In this document: positions 28,260 through 38,257 of the stretch, in pieces
Numbering within the stretch: the stretch's first letter is position 1
Layout: each line of letters begins with the position of its first letter
Assembly: GCA_027420455.1 (NCBI GenBank)
Contig: DAIBJA010000023.1
Span: 6,427-70,426 of the forward strand
From: Clostridia bacterium
GTDB taxonomy: Bacteria > Bacillota > Sulfobacillia > JAJZYS01 > JAJYTV01
Length of the DNA stretch: 64,000 bases
Reading direction: 5' to 3'
Made by a program: the position numbers and the translations under genes
The notes under the pieces: model-generated
What the model was told of the DNA's origin: nothing
Databases searched by the model: none
The model's input: the letters and a program-made list of their open reading frames with translations, nothing else

Positions 28260-29060
28260 ATGCAGTCCGTCTACGTCCTCGTGGTCCTGGTGCTCGTGTT
28301 GCTCGTTCTCTCGGCCCGCATCGTGCAGCAGTACCAGAAGGGCGTGCTGTTCCGCCTGGGGAGGGTCGTTGCAGTGCGCGAGCCCGGCTTCACCCTCATC
28401 ATCCCGTTCGTCGACGTGCTGCGGCGCGTGTCGCTGAGGATTCGCACCATGCCGATCCAGTCGCAGGGTATCATCACGAAGGACAACGTCAGCGTCGACA
28501 TCTCGGCCGTGGCCTACTACCGCGTGACCGACGCGGTCAAGTCGGTGGTCGCGATCGAGGATGTCGACGCAGCCATCAACCAGATCGCGCAGACCACCCT
28601 GCGCAAGGTGGTCGGCCAGCACATGCTGGACGACATCCTCGCCGAGACCGAGAGGATCAACGCCCAGATCGCCGATATCCTGGATCCCCTGACGCGGGAC
28701 TGGGGCGTCGCCGTCACGCTCGTCGAGCTGAAGGACATCCAGCTCCCGGATGCCATGAAGCGCGCCATGGCCCGCCAGGCCGAGGCGGAACGCGAGAAGC
28801 GGGCCAAGATCATCGCCGCGGAGGGCGAGTTGCTCGCGGTCGACGCCCTGAGCCGGGCAGCCGACATCATGGAATCGCATCCCGTGAGTCTGCAGCTGCG
28901 CACCTTGCAGACGCTGGCGGAGATCGCCGTCGACAAGAACTCGACCGTCGTCTTCCCTTCTCCCCTGATGAGCACGATCCAGGAGGTGGGTGCGTTCCTG
29001 CGTCACGAGCGCGAGGGGATGGCCGGGGCAGGCGCTGCCCGCCCTGGCGGCGAGGGATGA
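28260..29060 (+). CDS. SPFH/Band 7 (stomatin-like) membrane protein
   Basis: 266 aa: N-terminal TM helix, then IVQQYQKGVLFRLGR...DNVSVDISAVAYYRV...EAEREKRAKII. Confidence 0.9.
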   Translation: MQSVYVLVVLVLVLLVLSARIVQQYQKGVLFRLGRVVAVREPGFTLIIPFVDVLRRVSLRIRTMPIQSQGIITKDNVSVDISAVAYYRVTDAVKSVVAIEDVDAAINQIAQTTLRKVVGQHMLDDILAETERINAQIADILDPLTRDWGVAVTLVELKDIQLPDAMKRAMARQAEAEREKRAKIIAAEGELLAVDALSRAADIMESHPVSLQLRTLQTLAEIAVDKNSTVVFPSPLMSTIQEVGAFLRHEREGMAGAGAARPGGEG

Positions 29061-29113
29061 ACCACGCGGTGCCCGGGCTTGCCATGCCTGTCCCTCTTGC
29101 GTAGGCTCGAGCC

Positions 29114-29755
29114 ATGAAGATCACGTTCTACCTCGACGTGCTGTCGCTCTGGTGCCTTTACGCCATGCGCTCGGTCGAGAGGCTGCAGATGGAGTTCGGC
29201 TCGACGATCGAGGTGTCCTGGCAGGCGGCGCCGATCCGCGGTGACAGACCCCTCGGCTACGGCCGGGAGCAGGAGCGATGGTTCTACAGGCGGGCCGAGG
29301 CGATCACAGGCAGCGCGCTCGAGCCGGACTGGCTTGAAGGCCCGCTCACAGGTACGCGCGAAGCCAACCTCGCCGCTCTGGCCGCCGCGCATCTGGGCCG
29401 GCGCGGCCTTGAGGTCCCCGCTGCCTTGATGCGCGCCGCCATGGAGGAAGGCCGGCATGTTGCACGGCGCCAGGAGGCCGCCGTGATCGCCGCGGCGGCT
29501 GCAGGTCTCGATCCCTACGAGCTCGAGGGAGCCATGGACGAGGCGGCGGTGATCGATCGCCTCCGGCAGGGCAACGCCGAACTGGCGTCGTACGGCGTCG
29601 ACCAGCGCCCGACGCTCGTCTTCGAGAACGTCATCCCGGACCGGGCCATCCTCTCCGGTGTCTGGGCCTACGAGCCGATGGCGGCTCTCGTGCAGGCGAT
29701 GGTGCGGGACGAAGAGCGCTTCCTCGCCTTCAACCGTGAGCACCCGGAGCCCTAG
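29114..29755 (+). CDS. DsbA/FrnE-like thioredoxin-fold protein with a degenerate CxxC (SLWC)
   Basis: 213 aa. KITFYLDVLSLWCLYA lies at the position of the DsbA-family CxxC. C-terminal GVDQRPTLVF. Confidence 0.55.
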   Translation: MKITFYLDVLSLWCLYAMRSVERLQMEFGSTIEVSWQAAPIRGDRPLGYGREQERWFYRRAEAITGSALEPDWLEGPLTGTREANLAALAAAHLGRRGLEVPAALMRAAMEEGRHVARRQEAAVIAAAAAGLDPYELEGAMDEAAVIDRLRQGNAELASYGVDQRPTLVFENVIPDRAILSGVWAYEPMAALVQAMVRDEERFLAFNREHPEP

Positions 29756-29768
29756 TCCCGGGACACGC

Positions 29769-29805
29769 AAGCGGCCGGGTGGGGATGTGCCCCTCCCGGC
29801 CGCTT
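29769..29805. terminator. Long GC hairpin between convergent genes
   Basis: aagcggccggg..gggg-atgtg-cccc..cccggccgctt: an 11-bp outer stem plus a 4-bp inner stem. Confidence 0.55.
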
Positions 29806-29868
29806 CGTGCTGCGCGCGAAAGGCCGACCTGTCCCAGCCCCAAGGCCTGACGCACGCGGCGCGGTAAG

Positions 29869-32853
29869 TCAATCCCCGCTCGCGATCTCCTCCCAGGAGT
29901 CCTCCGCTGCCTCGCGCGCCGCCGTCTCCACCACGGCCTGAAGTTCCTCGCGCCGGTAGGGCTTGGGCAGCACGCCCTGAAAGCCGTACGCTTTGTGATC
30001 GCCCATGACCGCATCGTTCGAATAGCCGGTCGATGCGATCAGGCGGATGTGCCTGTCGATCTCGCGTATGCGCGCGCCAGCCTCGCGTCCGCCCATGCCG
30101 CCGGGGATCGTGAGGTCGAGAATGGCGACGTCGAACGGCCGGTCCGACGCGACCGCCTCGCGGCACGCGGCCACCGCCTCCGCACCGTCGCGCACCAAGG
30201 TCGCCTCATGTCCCATGCGCCGCAGCATCTCGCCCGAGGTGCTGAGAATCTCGCGCTCGTCGTCCAGCAGGAGTACGCGGCAGGCCCGGCTCCGACCGCG
30301 GAGGTGGCCTCCGACCGCATCGGGTTCCGACTGGGCTCGGGGCAGATACACGTGGAAGCGCGTGCCCTCCCCCTCCTTCGAATGCACCCGGATGTGACCG
30401 CCGTGCCGGCGTACGATCGACCAGCAGGTGGCGAGGCCGAGGCCGTGCCCTTCCGGCTTCGTGGTGAAGTAGGGCTCGAAGATGTGTTCGAGGTCGCCCG
30501 GCGCGATGCCCAGACCATGATCCCCGATCTCGAGGTGCACGTAGTCCCCCGCCTGCATCGGCGGCATGAGGCCAGGTTCGGCGTGGACGTTCTCCGCGCG
30601 CACCTCGACGACGCCGCCCTCGGGCATCGCCTGCGAGGCGTTGAGGACGATGTTGGAGATGACCTGGTAGATCTGTCCCGGATCGGCCTCGACGGACCAG
30701 AGATTCTCAGGCAGGCGCAACTGCACCTTTGCGAGCGATCCCTCCAGGACATAGCCGGACGCGTCGGTGAGCAGTCCACCCAAGGCAAGGCTGCGCGTCA
30801 CGGGTGCGCCGCCACGCGAGAAGGTCAGGAGCTGGCGCGTCAGCCCGGCCGCCTGCTGGCAGGCATGCTCGGCGCTCTCGAGCAGGGCGTCGCCTTCGGA
30901 GCCCGGCACGAGATCCGCCCGTGCCAGCGAGAGGTTGCCGAGGACGATGGTCAGCATGTTGTTGAAGTCGTGGGCGATGCCGCCAGCGAACACGCCCAGG
31001 GCCTCGATCCGCCGCACCTTGAGGATCTCGTTCTGCGCCCGCCGGATGTCGGAGAGATCGCGCAGGGCGTAGAGCACACCGGGGCTGCCTCTCTCGCGCC
31101 AGGGCATGGCCTCGAGGAGGCAGTAGAAGCGGCGTCCCTGCCTCGTCTCGATGAGACGCTGCACGTGCCCGACGGCCTCGCCGCGTCGCACCGCCTCCGC
31201 CACCTGACCTCTCCCCGGCTTGATCTCGTCCTCTTCCCAGTTGAAGAGCCTGAGCTTGCCGTAGAGCAGTTCACCGTCGACGTTGCGGTCGCCCACCTCG
31301 AGGCCGAACCGATCGCGTGCCGTCCGGTTGACGTAGGCGAGCGTGCCCGATCCATCCTCCAGCAGGATGGCATCGTTGAGCATTTCGAGAGCGCCGAGGA
31401 AGCTCTGCTCGAGCCGCTGGCGCTCCTCCTGCTCCTCGTGGCGCTCTGTGACATCGACAAACAGCGCGACAGCGCCAGCCACGCGCTCATCCACCTGCAT
31501 CGGCGCCACCGTGAAGTCGAGAACGATTTCCTGGCTGCCACGGCGCCGCAGAACGGTGTCGTGCCCCCGCTGCGTCTCACCGCTGGCGAGCGCGGCGCGC
31601 ACCGCCGAAGTGATGCGCAAGGCGAAGTCTTCCTCCCGCGTGGCACGGCGCATCACGGCGGCCACCATCTCTCCTGCGACGCGCTCGGCCGGCAGATCGA
31701 GCATCGCGAGGGCCGCCTCGTTGGCGAACACGACCCGACCGTCTGCGTCGATTCCCACCACGCCTTCGCCGAGCGATCTCAAGATCAGATCATCGCGCCG
31801 GTCCATCTCGCGCTTCCTGCGTTCGGCCATGATCAGTTGCGTACGGTCGACGAGATGAAGGACAATCTCGCCGCCCGCACGCTTGGATGCGGTGCCCTCG
31901 AAGTGCCGCCAGTCCGCATGCGCGTGGCGCAGGCGCACGGCCAGGCGCCGGCTGCCCTGCACTTCGCCGTCGGTTGCGGAAGAGAAGTCCACCCAGTCCT
32001 CGGGGTGAAGGATTCCCGCAAGGGGCTCCTCCCGCAGCGACTGGCTCGGATAGCCGAGCAGCTGTTCGACCGACGGGCTCAGGTATCGGATCTGGCCCTG
32101 CGGCCGAAGTACCAGGACGAGATCGAGCGAATCCTCCACGAGGATGCGGAAGCTCTGCCAGTGGAGGCGCTGGTGCCGCCAGACCTCGTAGTCGACAAAG
32201 AAGAGGAGGCCGGCCACGACGACCGCGGCAATCAGCATCTGATGGCGGAGGTCTGGCGCCATGAAGAAGGGTGCCAGGCTTAGCGCCTTGTCGCCGGGGA
32301 GCCCCAGGACGCGCGTCAGTTCCGCGAGGCCGAGCGCAGTGCCCAGCGAGATCGCCGCCAGCGCCCGCCGCTTGCCCCCCGGATGCGGTACCGCGTCGGC
32401 GACGCGCGAAGCGCCGACGAGACCGAACCAGACGATGAACCCAGCCAGCAGCGTCTCGAGGACAAAGCGCACGATGACGCGTGCGGCATCATAGTCGAGA
32501 GCGGCGCGGGGCAAGGCGATGGCAGCGCCGATCGCGAGCGCGGCGAGCGGCGTCGTCCAGAAGCCGGTGCGGCGCAGCGCCGCGATCGTGAACCAGGTCG
32601 TCAGGATGCCGACGATCCCGTCGATGAACAGGGCCTCCGCCCCAACGCCCTCCTGGATGGGATCGCCGGTAGCAAGTGTGAAGACGATTCGGCTGGCCCA
32701 TAGTCCCGCCGTCAGGGCCACGGCGGCTGGAAGGATCAGAGCCTCTGTCGTGGCGACGGGATCCGTGCTCGTCCGACGCACGTCGAACGCCGCCCATACG
32801 CCCAGCCACGACATGGCGAAGCCCCAGAGGAAGAGAAGCAGGTTCAGGTTCAA
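29869..32853 (-). CDS. Membrane-bound multi-PAS hybrid sensor histidine kinase with C-terminal receiver
   Basis: 994 aa: about 8 N-terminal TM helices, three PAS-like modules, H-box GIAHDFNNMLT. Complete HATPase domain (NIVLNASQAM, EIGDHGLGI, FEPYFTTK, GHGLGLA). Receiver RVLLLDDE...ILDLTIPGGMGG...LPKPY. Confidence 0.9.
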   Translation of the reverse strand: MNLNLLLFLWGFAMSWLGVWAAFDVRRTSTDPVATTEALILPAAVALTAGLWASRIVFTLATGDPIQEGVGAEALFIDGIVGILTTWFTIAALRRTGFWTTPLAALAIGAAIALPRAALDYDAARVIVRFVLETLLAGFIVWFGLVGASRVADAVPHPGGKRRALAAISLGTALGLAELTRVLGLPGDKALSLAPFFMAPDLRHQMLIAAVVVAGLLFFVDYEVWRHQRLHWQSFRILVEDSLDLVLVLRPQGQIRYLSPSVEQLLGYPSQSLREEPLAGILHPEDWVDFSSATDGEVQGSRRLAVRLRHAHADWRHFEGTASKRAGGEIVLHLVDRTQLIMAERRKREMDRRDDLILRSLGEGVVGIDADGRVVFANEAALAMLDLPAERVAGEMVAAVMRRATREEDFALRITSAVRAALASGETQRGHDTVLRRRGSQEIVLDFTVAPMQVDERVAGAVALFVDVTERHEEQEERQRLEQSFLGALEMLNDAILLEDGSGTLAYVNRTARDRFGLEVGDRNVDGELLYGKLRLFNWEEDEIKPGRGQVAEAVRRGEAVGHVQRLIETRQGRRFYCLLEAMPWRERGSPGVLYALRDLSDIRRAQNEILKVRRIEALGVFAGGIAHDFNNMLTIVLGNLSLARADLVPGSEGDALLESAEHACQQAAGLTRQLLTFSRGGAPVTRSLALGGLLTDASGYVLEGSLAKVQLRLPENLWSVEADPGQIYQVISNIVLNASQAMPEGGVVEVRAENVHAEPGLMPPMQAGDYVHLEIGDHGLGIAPGDLEHIFEPYFTTKPEGHGLGLATCWSIVRRHGGHIRVHSKEGEGTRFHVYLPRAQSEPDAVGGHLRGRSRACRVLLLDDEREILSTSGEMLRRMGHEATLVRDGAEAVAACREAVASDRPFDVAILDLTIPGGMGGREAGARIREIDRHIRLIASTGYSNDAVMGDHKAYGFQGVLPKPYRREELQAVVETAAREAAEDSWEEIASGD

Positions 32854-33018
32854 GCGACCAGCCTTCCATCTGCCAATTCCTGTCGGATGACGTCCGATCA
32901 GGATGTGCAGCCTTTACGCTACTCTCACTCCCCGTCGAGCATTGTCGAAGTATAGTCGCCAACTAAAATTTCAGACAGGCCTGCGCGGTGCCATGCGACA
33001 AGGGCCCCGCCATGGGCT

Positions 33019-33987
33019 CTAATCCGGCCAAGGGCGGAGCTGGGCCTCGATCTCGCGGCGACGGGGCTCGAGGAACGGCGGCAGCGCAAGCTTCTCACCC
33101 AGGTGATCCTCGGCCTCGTCGATTGCAAAGCCGGGTCCGTCTGTGGCCAGTTCGAAGAGGATGCCGCCGCGGTCCCTGAAATAGATCGAGCGGAAATAAT
33201 GGCGATCGATGATGCCGGAGGTCCGGATGTGCGCCGCTTCGAGCCGCGCGAGCCAGGCCCGTTCGGCTTCGTCGTCCACCACGCGCAGCGCTAGGTGGTG
33301 CACCCCGCCGCGACCGAGCCGCTCCCGCGGGAGATCGGTGCGCTCCGCCACGTGGATCTCCGCCCCCGCCCCTCCCTCGCCTGTCGCAAAGACCTCGACA
33401 TCCCTCTGGCCTACGGCCTCGGAGGGGTAGCTGCCGGCCGGGTGGAAGCCGAGCACTTCCGTCAGCACGTGCGCGGTGTGCTCGAGCCGCGCCACGGTCA
33501 GGAAGATCGGTCCCAGCCCGCGAATGGCGTGCCGGAGCGGCACATCCCCCGCCGTCCGGGGCACGCCTCCCCGCACGCCCGCGCCCCGGTCCGCCACGAG
33601 CATCAGGCGCTGGCCCTCGAAGTCGCGGAAGGGCAAGACCCGCCAGGAACCCATCCGGACTGCCTCACCTGCCGCCACCCCGATATTCTTGAGACGTTCC
33701 CGCCAGAACGGGAATGACGTCTCGTCCGCGATGCGCAGGCCGACACCGGAGATGCTGCCGGTGCCGGGCTCAAGCCGCGCGAGACGAGGCACTTCGAAGA
33801 ACGTCAGATCGGTGCCTGGGCTCCCCTGGGCGTCTGCGTAGAAGAGGTGGTAGCAGGACGGGTCGTCCTGGTTCACCGAGCGCTTCACGAGTCGCATGCC
33901 GAGGTCCCGCGTATAGAAGGGCAGGTTGCGGTTCAGGTCTGCCGTAAGCGCGGACACGTGATGGATGCCTCGCAGCTCGCTCGCCAA
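33019..33987 (-). CDS. Ring-cleaving dioxygenase / glyoxalase-family (VOC) protein, MhqO-like
   Basis: 322 aa: GIHHVSALTADLNRNLPFYTRDLGMRLVKRSVNQDDPSCYHLFYAD, with two VOC modules. The start codon is TTG. Confidence 0.8.
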   Translation of the reverse strand: MASELRGIHHVSALTADLNRNLPFYTRDLGMRLVKRSVNQDDPSCYHLFYADAQGSPGTDLTFFEVPRLARLEPGTGSISGVGLRIADETSFPFWRERLKNIGVAAGEAVRMGSWRVLPFRDFEGQRLMLVADRGAGVRGGVPRTAGDVPLRHAIRGLGPIFLTVARLEHTAHVLTEVLGFHPAGSYPSEAVGQRDVEVFATGEGGAGAEIHVAERTDLPRERLGRGGVHHLALRVVDDEAERAWLARLEAAHIRTSGIIDRHYFRSIYFRDRGGILFELATDGPGFAIDEAEDHLGEKLALPPFLEPRRREIEAQLRPWPD

Positions 33988-34000
33988 GTGGATGCCCCCC

Positions 34001-34037
34001 AGGAGGTTACGCTATGTATAACATAGCGTAACCTCCT
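34001..34037. promoter_or_regulatory. Perfect 37-bp palindrome (17-bp arms, 3-nt loop) immediately upstream of the dioxygenase gene
   Basis: aggaggttacgctatgt-ata-acatagcgtaacctcct, read directly. AT-rich core in a GC-rich genome. Each strand reads AGGAGG, 7 nt, ATG, then a 5-codon ORF ending in TAA. Confidence 0.6.
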
Positions 34038-34064
34038 CACCTGCTCAAGGAGCGTCGGCACCCC

Positions 34065-34448
34065 TCAGTGGGCCGGTTCGTTGTGGTGACTGTGCAGGTG
34101 CAGCTGTGACTCGAGGAACATGTGATAGAAGAGCTCGACGACGCCGACCGCGACCCCCAGCACGAGCGCCTGCCCGAGGGAGATCGTTGCTACCTGGGCC
34201 CGCGCGGGATTGAGGAGCGCCATGGTAGCGGAGATCGTCACTGCGGACAAGACGACGTCAGCGATCGCAGCGACGACATTGCCGTACATGCGGAGCACGA
34301 CCAGGTCGCCGATCAGATAGCCGACGACCGCCACGATCGCGGCGTAGAGCCACACGGGTTGGAACACGAGGCCGAAAACGCCGAACATCACCGAGATCAC
34401 CAGCCAGACGGCTAGGAACTTCACCAGCAGGAGCATGGTCTGCTTCAT
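34065..34448 (-). CDS. DUF2512 (YndM-like) small membrane protein
   Basis: ATG 34446-34448 (MKQTMLLLVKFLAVW...). The motif YLIGDLVVLRMYGNVVAAIADVVL matches the YndM family pattern. Confidence 0.65.
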   Translation of the reverse strand: MKQTMLLLVKFLAVWLVISVMFGVFGLVFQPVWLYAAIVAVVGYLIGDLVVLRMYGNVVAAIADVVLSAVTISATMALLNPARAQVATISLGQALVLGVAVGVVELFYHMFLESQLHLHSHHNEPAH

Positions 34449-35155
34449 CCCCGACCCCACCTTTCTGGCTCTGGCCCCTAGCTTGCCCACACGATGCGGT
34501 TGCGTATCGCCCTGCAAACGGCCGAGCGCATGGCGTGTGACGCTGCAGAGCTTCAGATGGCCCGCTCAAGTCCTGCACTCTGCGACGGCGACGGGCTCTG
34601 TGTCAGCGTCGGCGCCTTTGTCGCAGCCATGCCCCAAGACTCGCTTTCACGATGTACCTCTCCCGTAAGACGCCTCGGTTGCCAAGCGCTCGTTTCAAAG
34701 TCCAAGACCCTTACTGCCTGCTTGTGTGGTTCGCGCCCAGTCGCGCACGACGCTGCTTAGGCGCCAGAACCGTGACATCTCCACCCCCGAGCTGATCCGC
34801 AACGCTCTTCGATCCAGAAACGAGCGACGTCGATCCGCTATGGCGAAGTCGGGCTGATATCTGCCGAACTGACGGGGATGCCGGCTGGCGCCGAAACGTC
34901 ACACCATCTTGGGGCAGTCCGTCACTTCGTCTTGTGCCAGGCCAGCGGACATCTCGCGACATCCGAGCGCAAGGGAACTGCGCGGAGCGGCTCGACCTCC
35001 CGGTCAACTCGATGGAAGAGGCCCGCCGGCTGCGTTTCGGCCGCCGCGTGATCATGCAGAGGCACGATCATATGCCGAAGGGCTGCGCCGCTATCGTCGC
35101 GACGCAGCCCCTATTGTTGTTGCACAAAGGAGCCGGAAAAAAGTGCGGCTGGACC

Positions 35156-37021
35156 TCAGGCCAGCTTGAAACCCGCCAGTGCCTGCTGCATCGCCTGGCC
35201 GGCCAGACTCAGCGAGCGCGCCGTCTCCTGGACGCGCCCGATCGCGTCACCGAGCGCATCCTGCGATGCGAGAATCTGCTGCGCCATCTGCGCCGTCTCC
35301 TCCGAACCGACCGCCACCTCCGAGATGATGCCGTCGACCGATCCGGCTGACGCGGACATCTCCTCGGCCGCCGCACTCGTCTCTTCCGTGATGGCGGAGA
35401 TGTCGGCCATCGTCCGCGCGATCGCACCACTCAGCTCGTCCACACCGCGCGCCAGCGTGAGTACGGGACCCAGCTGTTCGCTCGCCGCGTTGATCGCTTC
35501 CTCGACGCGTGCGAAGGCACCCTGCACGGCGCTCCCGGTGGCCGCCAGCCGTTGGACGTGGCTGGCGCTGTCCTCGGCGGCGCTACGCGTCTCCTGAGCC
35601 GAGCGGATGATGTCCGCCACGAGCCCATCGATCTCCGCTACCGCCGCCTTGGTACGGTCCGATAGCGTGCGCACCTCATCTGCCACCACGGCGAAGCCCT
35701 TGCCGTGCTCACCGGCCCTGGCCGCCTCGATCGCGGCGTTGAGCGCGAGCAGGTTGGTCTGGGCAGCGATGTCGCCGACGAGGTTCGTGACCTCCGCGAT
35801 GCGCTTGGCCTGTCCGTCGAGAGCCGCCATGAGGTCGCGTACACGCATGGTGCTCTCGCCCACCGCCGTCTCGACCTGCGCCGCCTCGGCTACCGTAGCC
35901 TGGCCGGATGCGACGGCCGCGCGCTCGTCCTCCGCCACCGTTTCCACCGTGGCGAGAGCCTGCGCCATGTCCTTCGTGCGGCCGGCGCTATCCTCACTTG
36001 CCGCGGAGAGGTCGTTCGTCCGCACGGCCTGCTCCTGTGCGCCGTGGGCGACCTGCTCGATCGCCACGCGCAGTTCGTGCACCGTTCGGGCGGCATCCTG
36101 CGTGCCCGAGTGCTGCCGCACGGCAGCCTGCGTAACCGCAGTGACCGCCTCGCGCACGCGCTGCACCACCTCGTCCGACCGTTGGGCAGCAGCCAGCAGC
36201 ACCTCGCTGCCGTGTGCGATCTCTCTTGCGCTGCGAATCATCTGGCCCGTGAGCGCACGCAGGTTCTTCACCATCTCGCCCGCCGCATCGCCGAGGCGCG
36301 TCGTCTCATCCTGGCCGGAGAAGTGCGGCGGCTCCGTCGAGAGGTCGCCGGCGCCGACGCGCTCCATGGCCGTGACGACCTGCCCCAGGCGCGACGCCAC
36401 GTAGCGCGCGAAGAACACGCCGAGCGGCAGAGCCACTGCCACGGCGACGAGGCCGACGAGCGCGGTCCAAAGCCGCATCAGCTGCGCCAGATGCAACAGT
36501 GCCAGACTTGCGAGTCCGACGAAGTTCTTGTCTGTCGCGTCGGCCGTGGCGACGTCGAGCAGGTGGTCCTCTGCTGCCGCCGCCGCCGCACCCGAGTTGA
36601 AGATGAGCCTTCGGCCAGCCTGCTGCTGTCCCGCCTGGATCTGGGCGACGCCCGCGTTCCCATCTGCGACGAAGGTCTGCTGCCGGGCCTCGATCGCCCG
36701 TACGTCGCCGGTCACCCTGGGGATGCCAAGCGCCTCGGCGGCCTTCACGTCCTGTGCGAACTGGGTCACATCCGCCTGGTAGACACTGAGGTTCTGGCCT
36801 GGGTTGTCGCCCAGGGCGTAGAGCTTGACCGCGCCGCGCAACTCGTAGAAGTTGGCCCGCATGTCGGCGATCGTGGCGGCCGCCTTGTTGTAGAGGAGAA
36901 TCTGGCCCGCGTCGCCCGAGACGATGCCGAGAATGACGAAACCGCTGACCGCAAACACGGCAATGACAAGCGACGCCGCGATGGCCGTAGCCATGATCTT
37001 CTGCCCGAACGTTCTGAGCAT
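35156..37021 (-). CDS. Methyl-accepting chemotaxis protein (TM-sensor-TM-HAMP-signalling domain)
   Basis: 621 aa with the highly conserved signalling hairpin [34 protein letters not shown]. Confidence 0.95.
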   Translation of the reverse strand: MLRTFGQKIMATAIAASLVIAVFAVSGFVILGIVSGDAGQILLYNKAAATIADMRANFYELRGAVKLYALGDNPGQNLSVYQADVTQFAQDVKAAEALGIPRVTGDVRAIEARQQTFVADGNAGVAQIQAGQQQAGRRLIFNSGAAAAAAEDHLLDVATADATDKNFVGLASLALLHLAQLMRLWTALVGLVAVAVALPLGVFFARYVASRLGQVVTAMERVGAGDLSTEPPHFSGQDETTRLGDAAGEMVKNLRALTGQMIRSAREIAHGSEVLLAAAQRSDEVVQRVREAVTAVTQAAVRQHSGTQDAARTVHELRVAIEQVAHGAQEQAVRTNDLSAASEDSAGRTKDMAQALATVETVAEDERAAVASGQATVAEAAQVETAVGESTMRVRDLMAALDGQAKRIAEVTNLVGDIAAQTNLLALNAAIEAARAGEHGKGFAVVADEVRTLSDRTKAAVAEIDGLVADIIRSAQETRSAAEDSASHVQRLAATGSAVQGAFARVEEAINAASEQLGPVLTLARGVDELSGAIARTMADISAITEETSAAAEEMSASAGSVDGIISEVAVGSEETAQMAQQILASQDALGDAIGRVQETARSLSLAGQAMQQALAGFKLA

Positions 37022-37342
37022 CCTGTGACCCCCGGTTTTTCGCCCGTTGCCTTAGCGAAGAGACTTGTCCCGATTCTGCCTTGACCATGGTCCACTCGTC
37101 CAGATGTAATATCAAAGGTGCACCACATGGATTCTAAAATTGGTCCATATAGAGCATTCACATGTATCGAGCCATAGAGAAAACTTCCTTCCGCCTTACC
37201 TCTTTGGCATCTACTATATTGATCTAACAGTTTATAGACGCGCTGTCTTGACACATCCAAGGTCGGCAGGGAGAGGCATCGTCGCCTGATTCCTGGCCGC
37301 CTTTTGCGCGACCGCCAGCACTTTCGCATGCACGACTCCACC

Positions 37343-37372
37343 AAAAAAGGGGGCCCGAAGGCTCCCCTTTTT
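37343..37372. terminator. Bidirectional intrinsic terminator downstream of folD
   Basis: AAAAAA-gggggcc-cgaa-ggctcccc-TTTTT. The minus strand reads the hairpin followed by TTTTTT. Confidence 0.8.
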
Positions 37373-37396
37373 GCTCACGTTCACCAAAGTCCGGCT

Positions 37397-38257
37397 TTAG
37401 GACGGGATGCCGTGCAGATACCGCGCGGCCCGCACAACGTGACCCGCCAGGACGGAGGACGTCACCGCGCCGACGCCGCCCGGCACCGGTGTGATATGTG
37501 ACGCCTTGGGCGCGGCCGCGTCGAAGTCGACATCGCCGCAGAGCTTGCCTTCCTCGTCGACGTTGATACCGACGTCGATCACCACGGCTCCCTCCGAGAC
37601 AAAGTCCGCCGTCACCATCTTGGCCTTGCCCGCGGCAGCGATCAGGATCTCTGCGTTCCTGCAGGTCGCCGCCAGGTCCTTCGTCCTCGTGTGGCAGACG
37701 GTGACGGTGGCGTTCTGCTTGATGAGCAGCATGGTGAGCGGCTTGCCGACCACCATGCTCCTGCCGATCACCGTGACGCGCTTGCCCTGCACGTCGATGC
37801 CATAATGCCGCAGCACGTGCATCACGGCCTCGGCCGTGCACGGGGCATAGCCGGTCTCGTCGCCGGAGAAGACCTTGGCGATGTTGGGCGCGCCCATGGA
37901 GTCGATGTCCTTGAGCGGGTCGATCATCCGCTTGACGGCTTCCTCATCCAGATGCCTCGGCAGCGGACGGAAGAGCAGGATGCCGTGAATGCCGGGGTTC
38001 TGGTTCACCGCGGCGAACCCCTGCTCGAATTCCTTCTGACCTATCGTCTCAGGGAACTCGAACACCTGGCAGCCGATCCCGACGCTCTCCATGCGCTTCA
38101 TGGCGCCGCGCTCATAGGCAAGATCGTCGGGCCGCGCTCCCACGCGGACGATGGCCAGCGTCGGCGCGACGCCGCTCTCCCGCAGCTGCCCGACCTCCTG
38201 CGCGAGCTGCTCCTTCATGGCGGCCGCGACTTCGGATCCCTTCATCGTGACTGTCAC
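37397..38257 (-). CDS. folD: Bifunctional methylene-THF dehydrogenase / methenyl-THF cyclohydrolase
   Basis: C-terminal 286 aa of the track ORF; PVPGGVGAVT motif. GTG at 38255-38257 overlaps the fchA stop (GTGA) and gives (M)TVTMKGSEVAAAMKEQLAQEV. ATG at 38245 is an alternative start. Confidence 0.9.
   Translation of the reverse strand: MTVTMKGSEVAAAMKEQLAQEVGQLRESGVAPTLAIVRVGARPDDLAYERGAMKRMESVGIGCQVFEFPETIGQKEFEQGFAAVNQNPGIHGILLFRPLPRHLDEEAVKRMIDPLKDIDSMGAPNIAKVFSGDETGYAPCTAEAVMHVLRHYGIDVQGKRVTVIGRSMVVGKPLTMLLIKQNATVTVCHTRTKDLAATCRNAEILIAAAGKAKMVTADFVSEGAVVIDVGINVDEEGKLCGDVDFDAAAPKASHITPVPGGVGAVTSSVLAGHVVRAARYLHGIPS

Noticed and set aside
36766-37344. 192-aa minus-strand ORF spanning the AT-rich region upstream of the MCP gene.
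   Set aside because: It runs out of frame into the MCP coding region. Its translation is Arg/Cys-rich with no SD. The region is better explained as the MCP promoter/5' UTR plus the folD terminator. I looked for a SigD-type TAAA-N15-GCCGATAT promoter and found no convincing match.
37240-37372. Plus-strand sRNA running from a TTGACA (about 37248) to the bidirectional terminator.
   Set aside because: There is no acceptable -10 hexamer 16-18 nt after the TTGACA. The terminator is fully explained by folD on the other strand.
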